The position numbers were made by a program, and so were the translations under genes. DNA of 64,000 nucleotides from an uncultured Candidatus Rokubacteria bacterium. GTDB taxonomy: Bacteria; Methylomirabilota; Methylomirabilia; Rokubacteriales; CSP1-6. This document shows, in pieces, positions 27,571 through 38,595 of this stretch (the first letter of the stretch is position 1; each line of letters starts with the position of its first letter). The stretch covers positions 1,920,001 to 1,984,000 of the forward strand of contig CAVYTA010000006.1 of assembly GCA_963771355.1 (NCBI GenBank), in the 5' to 3' direction. The notes under the pieces are model-generated. The model was given only the letters and a program-made list of their open reading frames with translations, had not been told where the DNA came from and did no database searches.

Positions 27571-28959
27571 GTGGCCGCCCTCTCGGCCTCCCGGCGACTC
27601 GCGCGCTTCGTCCTCGGGCTCCGCCTCGACGACGTGCCCGCGCCCGTGGTCGCCCGCGCGCGCCTGCTCGCGCTGGACACGCTCGGCAATTGCCTGGCCG
27701 CCTCCGGTGAGGCGTTCGCGCGCGCGGTGGTCGAGACGGCCGAGCGGCTCGGCGGCCCCGGGGAGAGCACCGTGATCGGGAGCGGGGTCAAGGTCGCGGC
27801 GGCCAATGCCGTGCTCGCCAACGCCACCCTCGCCCACGGCCTCGACTTCGACGATACCCGCGAGGACGCCATCGTCCACACGGGCTGCGTGGCCGTCACC
27901 GCCGCGCTCGCGATGGCGGAGGCGGCCAAGGCCTCCGGGCGCGAGGCGCTCGAGGCCGCCATTGCGGCGGTGGAGGTGATGTGCCGGATCGGCCTCGCCG
28001 TGCCCGGCGCGTTTCATGCCCGCCACTTCCATCCCACCGCTCTCACCGCCCCGTTTGCGGCCGCCGCCGCCGCCGCGCGGCTCCGGCGGCTGTCCGAGGA
28101 TCAGCTCGTGCACGCCTTCGGCATCTGCGGCAGCCAGGCCGCCGGCATCATCGAGTATCTCGCCGACGGCACGTGGACCAAGCGCCTGCATCCGGGCTGG
28201 AGCGGGCACGCCGGCATCGTGGCCACCGTGCTCGCCGAGTCCGGCTTCACCGGTCCCGAGACCGTGCTGGAGGGTGCGCATGGCCTCTACTCGGCCTTTG
28301 CCGGCGGTCATGACGCGGCCCGGCTCGACGCGCTGCTCGACACGCTCGGCCGTCACTGGGAGCTGGCCGAGCTCACCTTCAAGCCCTATCCGTGCGGCTC
28401 CATTGCCCAGCCCTACATGGATTGCGCGATGCGGCTCCGCGCGCGGCACCAGCTCCGCCCCGGCGACATCCGCGCCGTGACGTGCCGCACCGCCGCCGGG
28501 CCCCTGCCCCGGCTCTGGGAGCCCCTCGCGTCGAAGCACGCGCCGCGTAACGGCTACGCCGCGAAGTTCAGCCTGCCCTATCTCGTGGCGGTCATCCTCG
28601 TGAAAGGGCGCGCGGGCCTCGCCGAGTTCGAGGATGCCGCAGTGGCCGATCCGGAAGTCCTCGCGGTGACCCGGAAGGTCACCTACGCGCTGGACTCCAC
28701 CATCGACTATCCGCGCCAGTTCGTGGGCGACGTCGAGATCACCCGAACCGACGGCCAGGTGCTCCGCGAGCGCCAGGATCGTCCGCGGGGCGGACCCGAC
28801 GCGCCCCTCTCGCGCGAGGAGCTCGAGGCGAAGTTCCGCGGCAATGCCGCCGCCCTGCCGCCGGCCGCCATCGAGCGCGTGATCCGGCTCGTCGATGCGC
28901 TCGATACGGGCGCGCCGCTCCCGGATCTCTTCACCGCTCTCACGCCCGCGAGGAGCTGA
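27571..28959 (+). CDS. MmgE/PrpD family protein
   Basis: LAHGLDFDDT, KRLHPGW, FKPYPCGS, AKFSLPY. Confidence 0.88.
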   Translation: MAALSASRRLARFVLGLRLDDVPAPVVARARLLALDTLGNCLAASGEAFARAVVETAERLGGPGESTVIGSGVKVAAANAVLANATLAHGLDFDDTREDAIVHTGCVAVTAALAMAEAAKASGREALEAAIAAVEVMCRIGLAVPGAFHARHFHPTALTAPFAAAAAAARLRRLSEDQLVHAFGICGSQAAGIIEYLADGTWTKRLHPGWSGHAGIVATVLAESGFTGPETVLEGAHGLYSAFAGGHDAARLDALLDTLGRHWELAELTFKPYPCGSIAQPYMDCAMRLRARHQLRPGDIRAVTCRTAAGPLPRLWEPLASKHAPRNGYAAKFSLPYLVAVILVKGRAGLAEFEDAAVADPEVLAVTRKVTYALDSTIDYPRQFVGDVEITRTDGQVLRERQDRPRGGPDAPLSREELEAKFRGNAAALPPAAIERVIRLVDALDTGAPLPDLFTALTPARS

Positions 28960-28961
28960 CC

Positions 28962-29981
28962 ATGCCCAGGCTGACCCTCTTGCTCGCCGTCCTCATCACC
29001 TTCTCTCTCCTGCCGGGCGAGGCCGGGGCCCAGACGCCCCTCGTGGAAGCGGCGAAGAAGGAGGGCAAGGTGGTGTGGTACACCTCCCTCGCGCTCCCCA
29101 GCGCGGAGAAGGTGGCCAAGCTCTTCGAAGCGGCCTATCCCGGCATCAAGGTCGAGGTGCACCGCACCGGCTCGCAGCGCATCCTCCAGCGCGTCATGCA
29201 GGAGCTTCAGGCGAACATCAAGAACGTGGACGTGATCCATACCTCGGATGCCGGCCACTTCGTGCTCCTCAAGGAGAAGAAGCTGCTCGCCCGCCACACG
29301 CCGGCGGGCGTGGACCGCTTCCCCGCCGGCTTCAAGGACAAGGACGGCTACTACTACGGGCTCCGCGCCACCGTGAACGTGATCGCCTACAACACCCAGA
29401 AGATCTCGGCCGCGGACGCGCCCAGGACCTGGAAGGACCTCCTCGATCCGAAGTGGAAGGGCCGGATGGTCACCGCGCATCCCGGCTATAGCGGCGTCAT
29501 CGCCACTCACGTGCTCGCGCTCGTTCACCTCCACGGCTGGGAGTACTTCCAGGCCCTGGCGAAGAACCAGCTCATGCTGGTGCAGTCGGCGGTGGATCCC
29601 GCCGGCGTGGTGGCCTCGGGCGAGCGGCCGGTGGCGGTGAACGGGGGCGACTACACCTTCTACCAGTCGAAGAAGCAGGGCAACCCGGTGGAGATCGTGT
29701 ACCCGAAGGAGGGTGTGCCGCTGGTGGTGTCCCCGAGCGCGATCGCGTCCTTCGCCCCCCACCCGAACGCGGCGCGCCTGTTCACGGACTTTGGATTCAC
29801 CCGAGAGGTCCAGCAGGTGATGGCGGACAGCGAGGGCCTCTACACCGGCCACCCCGACGTGAAGTACCCCACCGACAAGCCCAAGCTCACCGACCTCAAG
29901 CTCCTCACCGCCGAGCCCGAGGAGCTGGAGAAGCGGAACGAGGAGATCAAGAAGCGCTTCGTGGAGTTCTTCGGGGCCTGA
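28962..29981 (+). CDS. ABC substrate-binding protein, Fe3+/AfuA-like family
   Basis: AAKKEGKVVWYTS, PRTWKDLLDPKWKG, APHPNAARLF. Confidence 0.88.
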   Translation: MPRLTLLLAVLITFSLLPGEAGAQTPLVEAAKKEGKVVWYTSLALPSAEKVAKLFEAAYPGIKVEVHRTGSQRILQRVMQELQANIKNVDVIHTSDAGHFVLLKEKKLLARHTPAGVDRFPAGFKDKDGYYYGLRATVNVIAYNTQKISAADAPRTWKDLLDPKWKGRMVTAHPGYSGVIATHVLALVHLHGWEYFQALAKNQLMLVQSAVDPAGVVASGERPVAVNGGDYTFYQSKKQGNPVEIVYPKEGVPLVVSPSAIASFAPHPNAARLFTDFGFTREVQQVMADSEGLYTGHPDVKYPTDKPKLTDLKLLTAEPEELEKRNEEIKKRFVEFFGA

Positions 29982-29986
29982 GCGGA

Positions 29987-31687
29987 GTGGCCGTTCCCGT
30001 CGCCGCGCCGCCCCGCTTCCAGGGCCTCGATCGCGCGTTGCCGGTCTGGGTGGCGGCCGCGCTGGTGCTGGTCTTCCTCATGGGCCTGCCGCTGGGCTGG
30101 CTGGCCTGGATGAGCGTGAGCGGCGAGGGCGGATTCACCGTCCGGCACTATTGGACTGTTTTCTCCGACCGCGCGCTGCAGCGGGCGCTGTGGAACACCG
30201 TGGTGATGGCCTTCTGGGTGGGCCTCGCCTCGGTGGCGGTGGGGGCGCCACTGGCCTGGCTCACCGCCCGCACCGATATCCCCTTCCGAGGCCTGATCCG
30301 CGCCCTCGTGCTCGCCTCCTTCGTGACGCCGCCCTTTCTCGGCGCCTTCGCGTGGGTGATGCTGGCGGGACCCAATGCGGGACTATTGAACCGGCTCTGG
30401 CGCGGCGCCACCGGCGCCGAGGCGCCGCTGCTCAATATCTTCAGCATGCCGGGGCTCATCTTCGTCGTCACCATCTACACCTTCCCCTACGTCTACATCA
30501 TGGTGGCCAATACGCTCGCCCTCATCGCCTCCGACCTGGAGGAAGCGGGCGCGATTCTCGGCGCCGGGCGCTTCTGGGTGGCCCTGACGGTCACCCTCCC
30601 CATGGTCTTGCCCGCGCTGGCCAGCGGCTTCATCCTGGCCTCGCTCCAGGCGCTGGCGCTCTTCGGCTCCCCCGCCATCCTCGCCCTGCCCGCGGGCTTC
30701 CATACCGTGACCACCCAGATCTGGTCGCTCTTCCAGTTCCCGCCCAAGGTCGAGATGGCGGCCGCCTTCTCGCTCCCGCTCTTCCTCGCCACCGCGCTTC
30801 TCCTCGCCGCGCAGAAGCGCCTCCTCGGGCGGCGCGGCTACGCCGCGGTGGGCGGCAAGGGCGGCGCGCGCCGCATGATCCTGCTGGGACGCTGGCGCCT
30901 CCCCGCGCTGGCGGCCGGTCTGGCCGTGATGGCCTGCGCGATCTTCCTGCCCTACGGGATCCTCGCCAAGGCCGCCTTCTCGCGCGCCTGGGCGCAGCCC
31001 TTGACCTGGAGCAACCTCACCCTGAAGAACTTCACCTTCACCTTCTTCGAGTACAGCGCCACCCAGGCCGCCATCGTGAACACGCTCGAGCTGGGCGTGC
31101 TCACCGCCACCGTGGGGGCGGGGCTGGTGGCGCTGCTGGCCTATGTCACCAGCCGCCGCCTGGTGATCGGCCATCAGGTGGTGGCCTTTCTCGCGCTGGC
31201 CCCGGTGGTCATCCCCGGCGTGGTCCTCGCGGTGGCGCTGTTCATCGCGTATACCCGCCCGCCCTTCCTGCTCTACGGGACGCTCTGGATCCTCTTCATC
31301 GCCTATCTCACCAAGGAGATGCCGGTGGGCTACGCGCAGGCAGACGCCACCTTCCGGGGCATCCCCTCCGAGCTGGAGGACGCCGGGCGCATCCTGGGGG
31401 CGGGCCGCTTCCGTGTGCTCCGCGACGTCACCGCGCCGCTGGCCCGGAGCGGGATCATCGCCGCGTGGTGCTTCATCTTCATCGGCGTGATCCGCGAGCT
31501 CTCCGCCTCCATCATCCTCTTCACGCCCAATACGAAGGTGATGTCGGTGGTGCTCTTCGACCTCAAGGAGGAGGGCCAGTTCGGCGCCATCGCGGTCCTG
31601 GGCCTGGTCATGCTCGCGCTCACCTTCGCCACCGTGGCGCTGGTGCAGGCGGTGCTCGGTCGCGACGTGCTCGGGGCGCGCGACTGA
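29987..31687 (+). CDS. Iron/AfuB-like ABC permease (two fused halves)
   Basis: Two EAA motifs (LEEAGAILGA, LEDAGRILGA). Confidence 0.88.
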   Translation: MAVPVAAPPRFQGLDRALPVWVAAALVLVFLMGLPLGWLAWMSVSGEGGFTVRHYWTVFSDRALQRALWNTVVMAFWVGLASVAVGAPLAWLTARTDIPFRGLIRALVLASFVTPPFLGAFAWVMLAGPNAGLLNRLWRGATGAEAPLLNIFSMPGLIFVVTIYTFPYVYIMVANTLALIASDLEEAGAILGAGRFWVALTVTLPMVLPALASGFILASLQALALFGSPAILALPAGFHTVTTQIWSLFQFPPKVEMAAAFSLPLFLATALLLAAQKRLLGRRGYAAVGGKGGARRMILLGRWRLPALAAGLAVMACAIFLPYGILAKAAFSRAWAQPLTWSNLTLKNFTFTFFEYSATQAAIVNTLELGVLTATVGAGLVALLAYVTSRRLVIGHQVVAFLALAPVVIPGVVLAVALFIAYTRPPFLLYGTLWILFIAYLTKEMPVGYAQADATFRGIPSELEDAGRILGAGRFRVLRDVTAPLARSGIIAAWCFIFIGVIRELSASIILFTPNTKVMSVVLFDLKEEGQFGAIAVLGLVMLALTFATVALVQAVLGRDVLGARD

Positions 31688-32767
31688 TGCCGGGCGTGAG
31701 CCTGCGCGGCCTCACCAAGCGGTACGGCGACACCGCCGCGGTGGAAGGGCTCTCCCTCGACGTCCGCCCCGGCGAGCTGGTGGCGCTGCTGGGGCCCTCC
31801 GGCTGCGGCAAGACCACCACGCTGCGGCTGGTGGCGGGCTTTCTCCAGCCGGAGGCGGGCGAGATCTGGGTGGGCGATCGCCGCCTCTCCGCGCCCGGCG
31901 CGGTGACCCCACCGGAGCGGCGGCGCATGGCCATGATCTTCCAGAGCTACGCCCTCTGGCCCCACATGACGGTGGCGCAGAACGTGGGCTACGGGCTCCG
32001 CTTCCAGCGGACGCTGGCGCGGGTCGAGCGCGCGAAGCGAGTGGCCGAGATGCTCCGCGTGGTGCAGCTCGACGGCTACGAGGGCCGCTATCCGGGCGAG
32101 CTCTCCGGCGGCCAGCAGCAGCGGGTGGCGGTGGCCCGCGCCCTCGTGGTGGAGCCCGAGATCCTGCTGCTGGACGAGCCCCTCTCGAACCTCGACGCCA
32201 ATCTGCGCGAGGAGATGCGCGTGGAGATCCGGCGCCTCCACGAGGCCTTCGGTATCACCACGCTGTACGTCACCCACGATCAGGCGGAGGCGATGGTGAT
32301 CTCCGACCGCATCGCGGTGATCCAGGGCGGCCGCGTCGCCCAGGTCGGCACCGCCGACGAGCTCTTCGACGCGCCCCGGAGCCGCTTCGTCGCCGAGTTC
32401 ATCGGCAAGACCAATGTGGTGGATGCGGTCGCCGTCGCCCCCGACACCGTCGAGCGCGGCGGACTCCGGCTGCGGGTGGCCGCGGCCGGCCTCGTGCCGG
32501 GCGCGCGGGTGACGCTGTCGATTCGCCCGCACCTGGTCGTTCTGGTGGAGACGAGCGAGGCCGGGAGCAATGTTCTCGGGGGCACCGTGCGGCGCGCCAG
32601 CTTCCTGGGCGACGCGATCGAGTACGAGGTGGAGGTCGCGGGCTCGGACGTGATCCTGCGCGTGACGGCCCCGCCCGCTGCCGCGGCGGCGCGCCGGCGA
32701 GGCGGTCCGCGTCCGCATCGAGCCCGCCGCCTGCCTGCCCCTCGCGGACGCGGGCGAGGCCCCTTGA
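31687..32767 (+). CDS. ABC ATP-binding protein (PotA/AfuC-like) with a +1 frameshift in the C-terminal TOBE domain near 32673
   Basis: GPSGCGKT, FQSYALWPHM, LSGGQQQR, LLDEPLSNLD; the alternative frame gives AGEAVRVRIEPAACLPL ending TGA at 32767 (as read, the ORF ends at 32799). Confidence 0.85.
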
Positions 32768-32817
32768 AGAGGGGGCGGGCGCCGGGCTACCCTCGCTAGC
32801 CAGGAGGGGGTGAGCCG

Positions 32818-33864
32818 ATGCATTTCGGGCTCTTCATCGAGGAGGCGCGTCCCGGCCAGACCCAGACGCTGGCCTTCCGGGACGTGCTGGAGCTGGCGGA
32901 CGCGGCGGAATCGTTCGGCCTGGACGGGGTGTGGCTGGGCGAGATCCACTTCAATCCCGGCCGGTCCGTGATCTCCGCCCAGATGGTCATGGCGAGCGCC
33001 ATCGTCAGCCGCACGCGCCGTGTCCGGGTGGGCACCGCGGTGCAGGTCCTGCCGCTGAGCCATCCCCTGCGCATTGCGGAGGAGGCGGCCACCGTCGATC
33101 AGCTCAGCGAGGGTCGCTTCGACATGGGCATCGGCCGCAGCGGGGCGGCGCGCACCTACGATGTCCTCGGCATCCCGTACGGCGAGAGCCAGGCGCGCTT
33201 CCGCGAGTCTCTCGAGATCATCCGCGAGGCCTGGAAGGGCAAGCCCTTCAGCTACGCGGGCGACTTCTACCAGTTCGAGAACGCGGTGGTGACGCCGCGC
33301 CCGTTCCAGGAGCCGCATCCGCCGCTGCGCATGGCGGCCAATAGCCCCGAGACCTTCCCCCAGGTCGCCAAGGCGGGGCTGGCGCTGTTCGTGGGACTTC
33401 GCGACCTGGACATTCCCGAGCTGCAGGCGCAGCTGGGCAGCTACCGTGACGCCTGGAGCGAGTCCGGTCAGCCCGGCCGCGCCAGCGTCTATCTCCGCCT
33501 GCCCGTCTATGCCGGCGAGACGGAGCGCAGCGCGATGGAAGACGCCCGCGAGAGCATCACCTACTTCTTCAAGCGCCATGCCGAGCTCACCCAGGCCGGC
33601 CTCGGCCGCGCCGGAGCCGGTCCCGACGACCGGCGCTCGGCGCGCCTCGAGCGGCTCAAGCGCATGACCTACGACGAGATCTGCCGCACGCGGGTGGTGT
33701 TCGGGACGGCGCCCGCCCTCGTGGACCGACTGCGCGCGCTCCAGGAGGAGCTGGGCCTCGACGGGATCATCATCGAGCCGAATGCGGGGGGCCTCGTCCC
33801 GGCGGCGCTGGCGATGCGCAGCCTTCGCATCGTCGCCGAGCAGGTGATGCCCGCGTTCAAGTAG
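32818..33864 (+). CDS. LLM-class flavin-dependent oxidoreductase
   Basis: VWLGEIHF, HPLRIAEEAATVDQLSEGRFDMGIGRS, PRPFQEPHPP. Confidence 0.88.
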   Translation: MHFGLFIEEARPGQTQTLAFRDVLELADAAESFGLDGVWLGEIHFNPGRSVISAQMVMASAIVSRTRRVRVGTAVQVLPLSHPLRIAEEAATVDQLSEGRFDMGIGRSGAARTYDVLGIPYGESQARFRESLEIIREAWKGKPFSYAGDFYQFENAVVTPRPFQEPHPPLRMAANSPETFPQVAKAGLALFVGLRDLDIPELQAQLGSYRDAWSESGQPGRASVYLRLPVYAGETERSAMEDARESITYFFKRHAELTQAGLGRAGAGPDDRRSARLERLKRMTYDEICRTRVVFGTAPALVDRLRALQEELGLDGIIIEPNAGGLVPAALAMRSLRIVAEQVMPAFK

Positions 33865-33866
33865 CG

Positions 33867-34856
33867 CTAGCGGGCCTGCGCCCAGGCGCGCCAGCGCGCG
33901 CCGAGAGCATCGCGCGCGGCGGGCGGCAGCGGGCCCTTCGCCACGCAGGCCGCCGCGTACTCCAGATGCTCGAGGGTGGAGTAGCCCACCAGGATGGTCG
34001 AGACCTCGGGCGAGCTCAGCGCGAAACGGATGGAAGCCTCGACCACACTGTCCACATGCCCGGCCGTCACGAGCTCCTGGAGCGAGCGGCCGCGGCGCAC
34101 GTCGGCCTCGTAATCCGCGCCGCTGGCAATCGGCTCCACGGACGGCATGGCGACGGCATGGCGCGACTCGACGCCGGACAGCGCGCCGCCCGCCAGCACG
34201 CGGATGATGATGGCACCCGCGCCCGCCTTGTGAAGCCGCGGCAAGAGCCCGCCGAAATCCTGGGCCGGGAAGCCCGCCGGCACCGGCCCGGCGGCGCTCG
34301 GATTGAGCAGGTTCAGGCAGACCTGGGCGGAGTCCAGCACGCCCGCATCGATCACACGCGCCAGCGACGCGGATTCACCCAGCGCGGTGATGCCCACGAA
34401 GCGTGTCTTGCCGGCCTGACGCAGCCTGTCCAGCGCCGGCACGACCTCCTCCAGCACCTGCCTGGCGTCGAGCCCTCGGGGATGCGCCGGATCGATGAGG
34501 TTGTGAAGCTGGAGCAGATCCACGCGGTCCATCTGCAGGCGCTTGAGGCTCGCGTCGAGCGAGGCGGTGATGGCGGCGCCGAGACGGGTCTTCTCCTCGG
34601 GCGCCAGCCGTACCTTGGTGCCCACCGCGGCGGCGGGGCGCAGCGTCCTCCACACCCGGCCCAGATTCTTCTCCGACTCGCCGTCACCATAGATGGGCGC
34701 GGTGTCGAAGTAGTTGACCCCGAGCTCGAGCGCCCGGGCCACCGCGCGCTCCTGGTCGGCGGCGGCGCCGCGAGTCATCAGCCCACCCACCGCGCCCGCG
34801 CCGAACCCCAGCGCGGAGACGCGGAGGCCGGTGCGGCCGAGCGTCCGGAGCTCCAT
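33867..34856 (-). CDS. Aldo/keto reductase
   Basis: LGRTGLRVSALGFG, YFDTAPIYG, SLKRLQMDRVDLLQLH. Confidence 0.9.
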   Translation of the reverse strand: MELRTLGRTGLRVSALGFGAGAVGGLMTRGAAADQERAVARALELGVNYFDTAPIYGDGESEKNLGRVWRTLRPAAAVGTKVRLAPEEKTRLGAAITASLDASLKRLQMDRVDLLQLHNLIDPAHPRGLDARQVLEEVVPALDRLRQAGKTRFVGITALGESASLARVIDAGVLDSAQVCLNLLNPSAAGPVPAGFPAQDFGGLLPRLHKAGAGAIIIRVLAGGALSGVESRHAVAMPSVEPIASGADYEADVRRGRSLQELVTAGHVDSVVEASIRFALSSPEVSTILVGYSTLEHLEYAAACVAKGPLPPAARDALGARWRAWAQAR

Positions 34857-34870
34857 GGACGAGCCGGCGA

Positions 34871-35461
34871 TCAGCCGCGGCCGGGGAAGACGGGGTTGTC
34901 GGTGCGGTCGATCAGCGCCGCCTCACCCTCGGTGGGGAGCTGCTCGGCGAAGTTCTGCGCCGCGTCGATGTCGCCCTCCCAGACCTCGCGCGGCAGCTCG
35001 TACAGGACCTCGATGCCGTGCCCGTTAGGATCGGCGATGTAGACGCTGTGGGTCATGCCGTGATTGACGCGCCGGAGAAAGGGCACGCCCCGGCTCTGCA
35101 TGAAGGCGATCTGCTTGAGCCAGGACTCGCGGTCCGGCCACGCGACCGCGACGTGGTTGAGCCCCACCTGGCTCGGTAGCAACTTCCACTCCGCCGCGTC
35201 GTCCTTGCCGTCGGCGGCGGCCGGCACCTCCGCCAGGGCAAGGTCGTGGTGGGTGACCCCGCCCTTTTCGTCCACACCGCTGTAGAAGCGCATCTTCCAC
35301 GGCCGGTTCTTGAGCTCGGCGACGCACTTGAAGCCCATGATCTCGGTCCAGAACGTGTGCGAGACCTCGAGGTCCCGCACGTTGAGGACGAGGTGGTTGA
35401 CGCCACGGGGCGCGACGGCGGCGGTGGGGGCGCTGGGGACGGGCTGGGTCGACGTCGACAT
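34871..35461 (-). CDS. VOC (glyoxalase/extradiol dioxygenase-like) family protein
   Basis: NHLVLNVRD, HHDLAL, LNHVA, HGMTHSVYIADPNGHGIE; RBS CAGGAGG. Confidence 0.85.
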   Translation of the reverse strand: MSTSTQPVPSAPTAAVAPRGVNHLVLNVRDLEVSHTFWTEIMGFKCVAELKNRPWKMRFYSGVDEKGGVTHHDLALAEVPAAADGKDDAAEWKLLPSQVGLNHVAVAWPDRESWLKQIAFMQSRGVPFLRRVNHGMTHSVYIADPNGHGIEVLYELPREVWEGDIDAAQNFAEQLPTEGEAALIDRTDNPVFPGRG

Positions 35462-35553
35462 GGTGTCCTCCTGAGTCGTGGGCTGAATCGTGGGCTCTAT
35501 CGCGGGCGTGTTCGTGGGCCGGGTCATGGCTGCCCTGTCGCTCCTGTTCCCGA

Positions 35554-36147
35554 TCATAGCAGGGTGCAGGCCTCCTCGAAGGTCAGACGCGGGAGGCGGG
35601 GCATGACCTTGGAGGGGTCGCCGTGCCCCACGTTGCAGAGGAAATTGGACTTCACCCGCCCGTCGGGGAAGAACTCGGCGTCCACCTTGGCATTGTCGAA
35701 GCCGGACATGCCGCCGATGTCGAGCCCCAGCGCACGGGCGGCGAGCATGAAATAGGCGCCCTGCAGCGTGCCGTTCCGGAACGCGGTGGTCTGGGCGAGG
35801 GTGGCGTTGCTCTTGTAGCTGTCCGCCATCTCGGGCCGGTGGGGAAAGAGCTTGGGCAGGAGCTCATGGAAGCGCGTGTCGTAGCCGATGATGGCGGTGA
35901 CCGGCGCCGCCTTGGTCTTGTCCACGTTGCCGGGCGAGAGCGCGGGCAGGAGGCGGGCCTTGGCCTCGGGGGTGCGGAGGAAGACCAGCCGCGCCGGGCA
36001 ACAGTTGGCGCTGGTCGGCCCCCATTTCATCAGGTCGTAGATGGCCTGCAGCTCGGCGTCCGAGACCGGCGTGGGGAGCCAGCCGTTCTGAGTCCGCGCC
36101 TTCCGAAACAGGATGTCCAGCGCCGCGTCGTCGAGCGTCGCTCCCAC
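35554..36147 (-). CDS. rutE: Nitroreductase-family malonic semialdehyde reductase (RutE-like)
   Basis: [49 protein letters not shown]. Confidence 0.85.
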   Translation of the reverse strand: MGATLDDAALDILFRKARTQNGWLPTPVSDAELQAIYDLMKWGPTSANCCPARLVFLRTPEAKARLLPALSPGNVDKTKAAPVTAIIGYDTRFHELLPKLFPHRPEMADSYKSNATLAQTTAFRNGTLQGAYFMLAARALGLDIGGMSGFDNAKVDAEFFPDGRVKSNFLCNVGHGDPSKVMPRLPRLTFEEACTLL

Positions 36148-36180
36148 GATCGGTCTCCTCTCGCCTCGTCAGGGCTCCGG

Positions 36181-38515
36181 TCAGGCGCTGGCCCGGGCGG
36201 CCTGCATGGCCTGCCAGACCCGTGCACTCGTGGCCGGCATGTCGAGCGCGCGGACGCCGAGTGGCGCGAGGGCATCTAGTACGGCATTCATCACCGCGGG
36301 CAGGGCGCCGACGGTCCCCGCCTCGCCGGCTCCCTTGGCGCCCAGCGGATTGAGCTTGGTCGGAACCGGATTGCTCTCGACATGCATGTCGCAGAAGTCG
36401 TCCGCCCGCGGCATGCCGTACTCCATGAAGGAGGTGGTCAGGAGCGCGCCGTTGTCGGGGTCGTAGATCACCTGCTCCATGAGCGCCTGCCCCACCCCCT
36501 GGGCGACGCCGCCGTGAATCTGCCCCTTGAGCGTGACGGGATTGATGACGGTGCCCACGTCGTCGACGATCAAGTAGCGCGCCAGGCTGACCGCGCCGGT
36601 GGCTTCGTCGATCTCCACCTCGCAGACGTGGCAGCCGTTGGGCCAGGTATCGGCGGGCGGCGAGAAGGTGCCCGTCTCGTAGAGTCCCGGCTCCAGGCCC
36701 TTGGGCAGGCTGGCGGGGACGAACGCCGTCCGCGCCACTTCCTTGAGCCCCACCGACCGGTCCGTGCCCTTCACCGCGAATCGGGCGTCTGCGAACGCGA
36801 TGTCCTCCTCGGCGGCCTCCAGCATGCGGGCGGCGATCTTCCGGCCCTTGGCGATCACCTTGTCGGCGGCCATGGTGAGCGCGGTACCGCCGATGACGGT
36901 GGAGCGCGACCCCATGGTGCCCATGCCGAAGGCCACGCGGTCGGTGTCACCGTCGATGAAGCGGACGTCCTTGGGGTCGATGCCGAGGCGCTCGTGGAGG
37001 ATCTGCTTGAACGTGGTCTCGTGGCCTTGCCCCTGGTTCTTGGTCCCCATGAAGATGGTGGCGCTGCCGCTGGGATTGAAGCGCACCTCGGCGAACTCGG
37101 GGCCCGGCGAGGCCGCGCGCTCGATGGCGTTCACCACCGCGAGCCCGCGCAGCCGGCCCTGACGGCGGGAGGCGTCACGCCGCGCGGCGAAGCCGGCGAC
37201 GTCGGCATGCGTCGACCGCCTCGTCCATGCTCTTGCCGAACTCGCCGCAATCGTAGGTCATGCCCAGGGGCGTCTTGAAGGGCATGGCCGAGGGCGGGAT
37301 GACGTTCTTCCGGCGGAGCGCCACCGGATCCAGCCCGAGCTCCCGGGCGGCGTCGTCGATGAGCCGCTCGATGACGTAGGTGGCCTCGGGGCGGCCCGCT
37401 CCCCGATAGGGCGCGGTGGAACTGGTATTGCTCAGCACGCAGGTCACGTGCGCGAAGGCGGCCGGGAAGGCGTACACGCCCACCAGGGTGAAGACATTGG
37501 AGAAGGTGGCCAGGAGGTTCCGATCCGAGGACACATAGGCCCCCACATTGGCCAGCGTGTGCACCCGGAGCCCGAGGAAGCGGCCCTCGCCATCCAGCGC
37601 CAGCTCCGCCTCGCTGACATTGTCGCGCGCGTGCTCGTCGGCCGGGATGGCCTCGCTGCGCTCGCAGGCCCACTTGACCGGCCGCCCCACGCGCCGCGCC
37701 GCCCACAGCACGAGGCGATGCTCCACGTACTGCCAGCCCTTGGTCCCGAAGCCGCCGCCCACGTCGCCCGCGATGACGCGGATCTGGTGCTCGGGGATCT
37801 GGAAGATGTTGCTGGCCAGCGCGTTCCGCACGCGGTGGGGATACTGCACGTCGGCGTAGAGCGTGTAGCGGTCCTCGCCGGGGTCATAGACGCCGAGGGC
37901 GCCGCGCGCCTCGAGGTACTGCGCGTGCACGCGGGTGATGACGTAGCGCCGGCGAATCACGTGCGGCGCCGTCGCGATGGCGGCGTCGGCGGCGGCCCGG
38001 TCGCCCGCGGTGAAGACGTTGGAGATATTGTCGGGGGACTCGTCCCAGACCCGCGGGCTGCCCGGCGCGGCCGCCGCCGCGGTGTCCGTCACCGACGGCA
38101 GCGGGTCATAGTCGACGTCCACGCGCTCGGCGGCGTCCTTGGCCTGGGCCAGGGTCTCCGCGATCACCACCGCCACCGGATCGCCGACATAGCGCACCCG
38201 CTCCGAGCTGAGGCCCTTGTGCGGCGGAGCGAACATGGGAGAGCCGTCGGGCCGGGTGCGCTTGAGCGTCATCTTCATGGTGCCGAGGCCGTCGCGGGCG
38301 AGATCGGCGCCGGTGAAGATGGCGACCACGCCCGGCATCGCGCGCGCGGCGGCGGTCTCGATGGACCGGATGCGCGCGTGGGCATGCGGCGAGCGCAGCA
38401 CGACCAGGTGGACCTGGCCGGGCAGGTTGACGTCGTTGTGGAAGCGGCCCTCGCCCTTCAGCAGCCGCGCATCGTCGAAGCGCCGGATCCCCTGCCCGAT
38501 CCCGTACTGCCCCAT
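36181..38515 (-). pseudogene. Xanthine dehydrogenase-family molybdopterin large subunit (form II CoxL-like) with a +1 frameshift near 37213 (possibly a sequencing error)
   Basis: RSPHAHARI, DVGGGFGTKG, YRGAGRPEA, GQGHET, GQIHGGVAQG, GAKGAGEAG across two frames. Confidence 0.85.
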
Positions 38516-38595
38516 GGAGCGACGGTCTCCTTGTTCACATGTGCGGGTCAGCGTAGCTCGGCCCAATCCGTTCGATCCGCCGACCCGCCACTATA

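Noticed and set aside
36181..38515. Aerobic CO dehydrogenase
   Set aside because: The active-site loop is YRGAGR rather than YRCSFR, and coxM/coxS and accessory genes are absent
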